Assembly (NCBI GenBank): GCA_963698715.1 | Contig: CAVORW010000004.1 | Span: 697,550 to 761,549, forward strand | Direction: 5' to 3' | Length of the DNA stretch: 64,000 bases | DNA from: an uncultured Chloroflexia bacterium | Lineage (GTDB): Bacteria; Chloroflexota; Anaerolineae; Anaerolineales; UBA4823 | Part shown: positions 58,650-64,000 of the stretch, piece by piece | Layout of the letters: each line of letters opens with the position of its first letter | Numbering within the stretch: position 1 is the first letter of the stretch | The notes under the pieces: generated by a model | What the model saw: the letters and a program-made list of their open reading frames with translations, nothing else | Database searches by the model: none | Told to the model about the DNA's origin: nothing | Translations under genes and position numbers: made by a program

Positions 58650-59813
58650 ATGCAAATTTTAACCGTAGACGTGGGTACCGGCACGCAGGATATCTTCCTT
58701 TACGACTCGCGGGTAGACCTGGAGAACGGCTTAAAGCTAATTGTGCCCTCCCCAACCATGATCGTTCGCCGCCAGATCCAGGAGGCCACCCGGCGCGGCG
58801 AACCGCTGCTGTTGACTGGCTTAATCATGGGCGGTGGCCCTTGCGCCTGGGCAGCCGAAGATCACGCCAAGGCCGGCCTGCCGGTTTTTGCGACACCGGA
58901 AGCGGCTCGCACTTTCAACGACGATCTGGATATGGTCCGGGCTTCCGGGATTCAGGTTGTCAGCCAGGACGAGGCCGCTCGCTTACCTGCTTCTGTCCAC
59001 AGGCTGGTGCTGCGTGATTTTGACTTTGATGCGATCAGCCGGGCGCTGGGTCAGTTCGGGGTCTCACTCGACCACCTGGCAGCCGTTGCCATCGCCGTAT
59101 TCGATCACGGCGATGCACCGCCCGATGTTTCCGACCGCCAGTTTCGATTTGATTACCTGGATGATCGCATTCGCCAACAGAATCGCCTGAGCGCCTTTGC
59201 ATATCGTTCCGACCAGATCCCGCCAATTATGACCCGCCTGCAGGCTGCGGCCGATTCGGCTAACCACACCCCCAGCCCGCTGCTGGATGGCTTGCCGATG
59301 GTCATCATGGACACGGCCCCGGCAGCCGTGCTGGGGGCCACTTATGACGATCAGGTCGCCGCCCGTGAGCGCAATCTGATCGCCAACGTGGGAAATTTCC
59401 ACACCCTGGCTTTCCGGCTCGGCGCGCAGGGCATTGAAGGCGTCTTTGAGCACCACACCGGCTTGATCGACCTCCCCAAATTAGAAAACCTGCTGCGACA
59501 CTTAGCTAACGGCAGCCTGACCCATGCCCAGGTATTTGGGGACCATGGCCACGGCGCATTGGTATATGATTTAAACCCTTTGAATCTTGATCTGGGCGAT
59601 TTTGGGGTGGCGGTCACTGGGCCCCGGCGCAATCTCATGCGCTTCTCCAGCCTGCGGCCCCATTTTGCCGTCCCGTTCGGCGACATGATGATCGCCGGCT
59701 GCTTTGGTCTGCTCAGCGCGGTTGCAGACGTATTACCTGAGTTGAGCCAACCGATTCAGGCCTCCCTGGCAGGGGCCGGCGGCAGCGGCACGCCGCCCTG
59801 GGAATTGGACTGA
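58650..59813 (+). CDS. ASKHA-fold (DUF1786-like) protein
   Basis: MQILTVDVGTGTQDIFLYD phosphate-1-like motif. The family name is from memory only. Confidence 0.5.
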   Translation: MQILTVDVGTGTQDIFLYDSRVDLENGLKLIVPSPTMIVRRQIQEATRRGEPLLLTGLIMGGGPCAWAAEDHAKAGLPVFATPEAARTFNDDLDMVRASGIQVVSQDEAARLPASVHRLVLRDFDFDAISRALGQFGVSLDHLAAVAIAVFDHGDAPPDVSDRQFRFDYLDDRIRQQNRLSAFAYRSDQIPPIMTRLQAAADSANHTPSPLLDGLPMVIMDTAPAAVLGATYDDQVAARERNLIANVGNFHTLAFRLGAQGIEGVFEHHTGLIDLPKLENLLRHLANGSLTHAQVFGDHGHGALVYDLNPLNLDLGDFGVAVTGPRRNLMRFSSLRPHFAVPFGDMMIAGCFGLLSAVADVLPELSQPIQASLAGAGGSGTPPWELD

Positions 59814-59956
59814 ACGGCTGCTTTCTTACGCGATTCTTACACGCATGCGGTATATAAAATAGGGCAAGGGCTTACCCCCTGCTGAAATTTCCCGGTATGG
59901 CCTGGAGGTAAAGCCTAGCCGTGCCAAAACAACCTATTAATGATAAGGAAGATGCT

Positions 59957-61834
59957 ATGAGCAGTAACCCCCAGACTACCCAACCCATAGAGTCGCAGCC
60001 TATTGCCTTTAAAGCCGAAACCCGCCAGCTTTTAGACATTCTGATTCACTCGTTGTACACCGAAAGAGAGATTTTCTTGCGCGAGTTGATTTCGAATGCT
60101 TCCGATGCTCTCACGCGAATGGACTTTGAGATCCTGACCAATCGGGAAGTGCTCGACCCGGACGCCGCGCTGTCCATCCGGATCGTTCCGGACCCCGAGG
60201 CCCATACCCTCACCATCAGTGATACTGGCGTCGGCATGACTGCCGAAGAGCTGGCCGAAAACCTGGGAACCATAGCTCACTCAGGGGCCCGCAGCTTTAT
60301 GAAGGCCATTAAAGAATCAGGGCAAAAACCGTCCGACCTGATCGGCCAATTCGGGGTCGGTTTTTACTCGGCTTTTATGGTCGCCGAATGGATCCAGGTC
60401 ACATCTCGTTCGTTCCAGACTGAGGCTGAAGCGGCAGGCTGGCATTCCACTGGCGCCGACACTTTCACCCTCGAGCCAGCTGAAAAAACCAGCCGCGGCA
60501 CCACGGTCACCATCAAACTGAAGCAGGAAGCGGAAGAATTTCTCACCGAAAATCGCTTGAAAGAGATTGTACGCCGGCACTCGGATTTTATTCCCTTCCC
60601 GATCTATGTCGGCCAGGATGAAGAGCAGACCAACCGGCAAACCGCCCTCTGGCGCCAGTCACCACGCGAGGTGGAAGAAAAATCCTATCAGGATTTTTAC
60701 CAACAGCTGACCTTGGACTTTACACCCCCACTTGCCAATGCCCATATGGTGGTTGATGCGCCAGTCCAAATGTATGCGCTGCTTTACATTCCCAACGACC
60801 CCGAACGAAGCATGTTTTCTTTGCGCAAGGAAGACGGACTTAAACTCTTCGCTCGCAAAGTATTGATCCAGGAGTACAACAAAGCTCTGCTTCCGGAATA
60901 CCTGGGCTTCGTACAGGGCGTAGTTGACTCGGAAGACCTGCCGCTCAATGTGTCGCGCGAATCGGTCCAATCCAACCGGATTATGGGCCAGTTGAAGAAA
61001 CTGGTTACATCGAAAGTGATCGATACCCTTAAAAAGCTGGCCCTGGATGATCCGGGGAAGTACGCCAGCTTCTGGAAAGCCTACGACCGCCACATCAAAC
61101 AAGGCATCGCCATCGAGCAAAATGACCCCGAAATGCTATACCCGCTGCTGCGCTTCCGGACAAATCAACACACCGATAGCTGGACTGCCCTCGATGAATA
61201 TGTTGAACGCATGCAGCCAGACCAGAAGAATATTTATTACCTGATGGGCAACGATCAGCACTCCGTGCTGCAAAGCCCGCATCTGGACGTGGTGAAGCGG
61301 CATAACTATGAAGTATTGCTGTTGACTGATCCCGTAGATGCCTTCATGCTGGTGCGTTTGACCCAATATAAGGAAAAAACTTTGGCGAACGTCGCCAGCG
61401 CGGACCTGGAGCTGCCCGAATCTGACCAGACCGAGCTCGAGCAAGAAGAAACTACCCTGCCGGAAGCTGTGAGCGCTTCTTTGATGGAGCGGTTTAAACA
61501 GCAGTTGGCTGAGCGGGTCAGCGATGTGCGCACGACCGACCGCCTGAGTGGGTCGCCAGCCCGTCTGGTTGACCCCGAGGGCTCCATGGGACAAGAGATG
61601 CAGCGGGTTTATCGCATGCTGAACCGTGACTTCGAGGTGCCCAAAAAGGTTCTGGAGTTGAACCCGCGCCACCCCATTCTGATTGGCCTGAGCCAGATGC
61701 CGGATGACAGCCCATTGGGTTCCATCTTCATCGAACAGATTTATGAAAACGCCTTACTGATCGAGGGGCTGCACCCTGACCCCGCCAGCATGATCGAGCG
61801 CATTCAGAAATTGATGGAAGCCGCTCTAGTATAA
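59957..61834 (+). CDS. htpG: Molecular chaperone HtpG (Hsp90)
   Basis: FKAETRQLLDILIHSLYTEREIFLRELISNASDAL, GQFGVGFYSAFMVA. ATG after AAGGAAG. Confidence 0.95.
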   Translation: MSSNPQTTQPIESQPIAFKAETRQLLDILIHSLYTEREIFLRELISNASDALTRMDFEILTNREVLDPDAALSIRIVPDPEAHTLTISDTGVGMTAEELAENLGTIAHSGARSFMKAIKESGQKPSDLIGQFGVGFYSAFMVAEWIQVTSRSFQTEAEAAGWHSTGADTFTLEPAEKTSRGTTVTIKLKQEAEEFLTENRLKEIVRRHSDFIPFPIYVGQDEEQTNRQTALWRQSPREVEEKSYQDFYQQLTLDFTPPLANAHMVVDAPVQMYALLYIPNDPERSMFSLRKEDGLKLFARKVLIQEYNKALLPEYLGFVQGVVDSEDLPLNVSRESVQSNRIMGQLKKLVTSKVIDTLKKLALDDPGKYASFWKAYDRHIKQGIAIEQNDPEMLYPLLRFRTNQHTDSWTALDEYVERMQPDQKNIYYLMGNDQHSVLQSPHLDVVKRHNYEVLLLTDPVDAFMLVRLTQYKEKTLANVASADLELPESDQTELEQEETTLPEAVSASLMERFKQQLAERVSDVRTTDRLSGSPARLVDPEGSMGQEMQRVYRMLNRDFEVPKKVLELNPRHPILIGLSQMPDDSPLGSIFIEQIYENALLIEGLHPDPASMIERIQKLMEAALV

Positions 61835-61864
61835 TGGTGGGGGATCCACACAACCGCGATGATT

Positions 61865-61910
61865 GGGTGTTAGGTTGGATGCGGGGAACGCCGCATCCAA
61901 CCTAACACCC
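61865..61910. repeat. REP-like palindrome: perfect 20-bp stem, 6-nt loop, downstream of htpG
   Basis: GGGTGTTAGGTTGGATGCGG GGAACG CCGCATCCAACCTAACACCC. No U-tract on either side. Confidence 0.85.
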
Positions 61911-61972
61911 GAAAACCTTCCTGAAGGCAAAAGACCCTCTCAGAGACACGACTTTTAAAGCGAGTTGGCTTG

Positions 61973-64000
61973 ATGAACCCTGGCGATCTGTATCTTCTCC
62001 AATCTGCTGTCTGGATCATCCTGCTCGTTTTACTTGTCAGCGTACTAGCGCTATTCCTGCTGGTTCGCTACTGGCAAAAAAACACCCAACATGATCTAAA
62101 ACTGATCCGGTCAGAACTGCGCCGTTACCAGTCCTTACGGCGCGAGCTAGACCTGGCGAGTCTGGGCTACTCGCCCGAAGACCCTGAGCCTTTTGGCCCA
62201 CAGGTTGTGGAATTGGAGGAGCAGCTAATTCATTTAGACCAACAGCTCCAAATCCTGGAAAAGCAGCAGGTGAGCATTCAGGAGAGCACCCGTTTCTCAG
62301 CTGTCTCCCGCTGGAATGCGATCCTCGGCGCGCCTTTCTTGTGGTTCAAGATCCAGCAAGTCACCACAACCCAAAAGAGAAACCTTGCCGGCCTCCAGCC
62401 TCTGATATCAGCCGCGCATAATTCCCTTAAAAAGCTTGTGGGACTGCCCTGGGATATAGCCTTACAGGCCCGCCAGGTCAGAGAGCTTCAACGGCAGCTC
62501 ACTAGCAAAATCGATGAGTTTCGCAACAACAAAGTTCATGGCGACAGTCTGGATGCCCTCTTGCAGCATCAAACCGAGCTTCAGGCTCTTCTCAATCAAA
62601 TACCGGTTTATTTTTATCAAGCTGACCAGCAGGATGTCCTGGAAAAATCCAACTCGCAAACCACCGCTCACGCCCACGCCATCCTGAACGATTCAGGCCC
62701 AAAATTGGAAGCGATGCTCCGCCGAATCGGCCATTGGGAGGTTCAATACACAGACACAACCAGCAAAGTGGCCCAAATGCGCCAGGAGCTCGACCGGTTG
62801 GACCCGCTCCTAGAAAAACCGCCCGAGGGTTTGGACCTGGCTCCCATTCAAACTCAGGTTAGCCAGCTCAAAATCATTGCCCAAAATTTGCAGGCAACTC
62901 TCTCACGACTCGAGATTGAAAGCATGCCAGCTGTCGCAGAAGAGGCCTCGAAAGTTCAACAGGCTGCCAGTGACAACTACCGCCAGTTAAAAAATCCGCG
63001 CCAGCATTACAATGCCCTGAACCAGATCCTATTAGATTTAGGGGATGGGTTAAGCATATTATCTGATCAATTTGCCGCCCTGGGTACCAGTTCCGTCCAC
63101 CCAATAGCCTGGGGAGCCAGCCGGGATGCCCTGACAAAGATTAGCCGCAACGCCGGCGTGATCGGCCCTGCCCAAAAAACGCGCCAGCCCCAACAATTAG
63201 AGCAGGACCTGGCCACTGCTAGCCAGCTCAACACAAGCCATAAAGATCTGGCAGCTAGTTGCCAGCAGCTGGCTGTCCGACACGCCGAGTTGATCAAGCT
63301 GCTGGAAAGCCCTGAGCTCAGCCAGGGCATGACCTGGGTCCAAAGCATTCAATCCATGCTGGGCCGTATCAAAGGGTACGACCCTGGCAATTGGGCCCGC
63401 GCTGATGGCGTTGCAACTTTACCCAATGAATTGCAAAGCCTCTCCCAAAGCCTGCGCAAACTTGTCGGCGACCCCAAGACCCCCATCCCTGAAGCCGACC
63501 TGGCTCTGCGGCTGGACGAGACTCGCCAGCTATCCAGCCGGGTTCAAGAGCTGCGAGCTCGGGTAAATAATGTCCACAATCGCCTGGAACAAATCCAGCA
63601 GATTGAGCGCGACGCGGAACAAAATCTTGAAAGCGCCAGAGCGGCCCTGGCTCAGATTAACTTACTGGCACGCAGCAACACCTTCCTGGCGAGCTTGGCC
63701 ACTCAGGAACTTTCTCGTTCCCAGCGCCAGATCGATCAGCTGACGGCCGAACTCGCCCAGCACGAGCGCGGCCCGCTGGACAAAAAAGCCCGTTCAATTG
63801 CCGCCTTGCTGGACCGTATCACCCAAAATGGCAATCTCTGGGCTGCGCGCCTGGCAAAAGAAATCGAAGCCTTAAAACTGGCTCTGACTGGAAAACTGAA
63901 TGCATTGCAGGCGATCGCCGATCTGGAAGACCCGATTGTGGCGGATACCCAGCGGCTGCAGGCGTCGATCAGGCAGTCGCCGGCCATCGACCAGGTTTAC
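61973..64000 (+). CDS. Membrane-anchored long coiled-coil protein (partial; continues past the window end)
   Basis: My translation: MNPGDLYLLQSAVWIILLVLLVSVLALFLLVRYWQK, then over 640 aa of Q/L/E/R-rich heptad-like sequence with no stop through 64000. It is absent from the track because it has no stop. Confidence 0.7.
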   Translation, partial: MNPGDLYLLQSAVWIILLVLLVSVLALFLLVRYWQKNTQHDLKLIRSELRRYQSLRRELDLASLGYSPEDPEPFGPQVVELEEQLIHLDQQLQILEKQQVSIQESTRFSAVSRWNAILGAPFLWFKIQQVTTTQKRNLAGLQPLISAAHNSLKKLVGLPWDIALQARQVRELQRQLTSKIDEFRNNKVHGDSLDALLQHQTELQALLNQIPVYFYQADQQDVLEKSNSQTTAHAHAILNDSGPKLEAMLRRIGHWEVQYTDTTSKVAQMRQELDRLDPLLEKPPEGLDLAPIQTQVSQLKIIAQNLQATLSRLEIESMPAVAEEASKVQQAASDNYRQLKNPRQHYNALNQILLDLGDGLSILSDQFAALGTSSVHPIAWGASRDALTKISRNAGVIGPAQKTRQPQQLEQDLATASQLNTSHKDLAASCQQLAVRHAELIKLLESPELSQGMTWVQSIQSMLGRIKGYDPGNWARADGVATLPNELQSLSQSLRKLVGDPKTPIPEADLALRLDETRQLSSRVQELRARVNNVHNRLEQIQQIERDAEQNLESARAALAQINLLARSNTFLASLATQELSRSQRQIDQLTAELAQHERGPLDKKARSIAALLDRITQNGNLWAARLAKEIEALKLALTGKLNALQAIADLEDPIVADTQRLQASIRQSPAIDQVY

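Overview
This 64-kb window (mid-50s % GC by eye) reads as ordinary core chromosome. The protein styles suggest a Chloroflexota/Anaerolineae-like bacterium: Thr/Pro-rich linkers, many lipobox solute-binding proteins (SBPs), GGAGG ribosome-binding sites (RBS). I cannot verify that taxonomic guess from here. I support about 50 protein genes. They include serS behind a T-box leader, greA-lysS, purH/purB/purA, fabI, rnhA, mpg, uvrA, htpG, cspA-like, etfBA plus an acyl-CoA dehydrogenase, and methylmalonyl-CoA mutase plus its epimerase. Also present are mtaB, HIT, TrmH, three tandem M42 aminopeptidase paralogs, a sugar-type ABC locus with three SBPs and no ATPase gene, LysM/M23, VanW, bactofilin, DedA, and a cluster of HExxH protein, DsbA-cyclophilin fusion and PrsW-like protein. 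I saw no rRNA, tRNA, CRISPR array, transposase or integrase. I did not find a self-contained novel multi-gene system (defence, secretion or biosynthetic cluster). The most unusual signals are non-coding or structural. (1) A bipartite ~76-nt intergenic cassette occurs 4 times and is always co-oriented with the next gene; two copies carry a nested perfect palindrome. (2) A family of REP-like 20-22 bp perfect palindromes has 4 clear copies, one inside the csp 5'UTR. (3) A 195-bp MITE-like insertion with 15-bp terminal inverted repeats (TIR) and a 10-bp direct duplication abuts a promoter. (4) Three genes are broken: serS and an A2M-like lipoprotein by +1 indels in homopolymers, and a DUF711 gene by an in-frame TAG. 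This may reflect assembly error rather than biology. (5) An 801-aa lipoprotein fuses two unrelated SBP folds. All coordinates and alignments were made by hand from the sequence. Family names are recognised from motifs, not from database searches.
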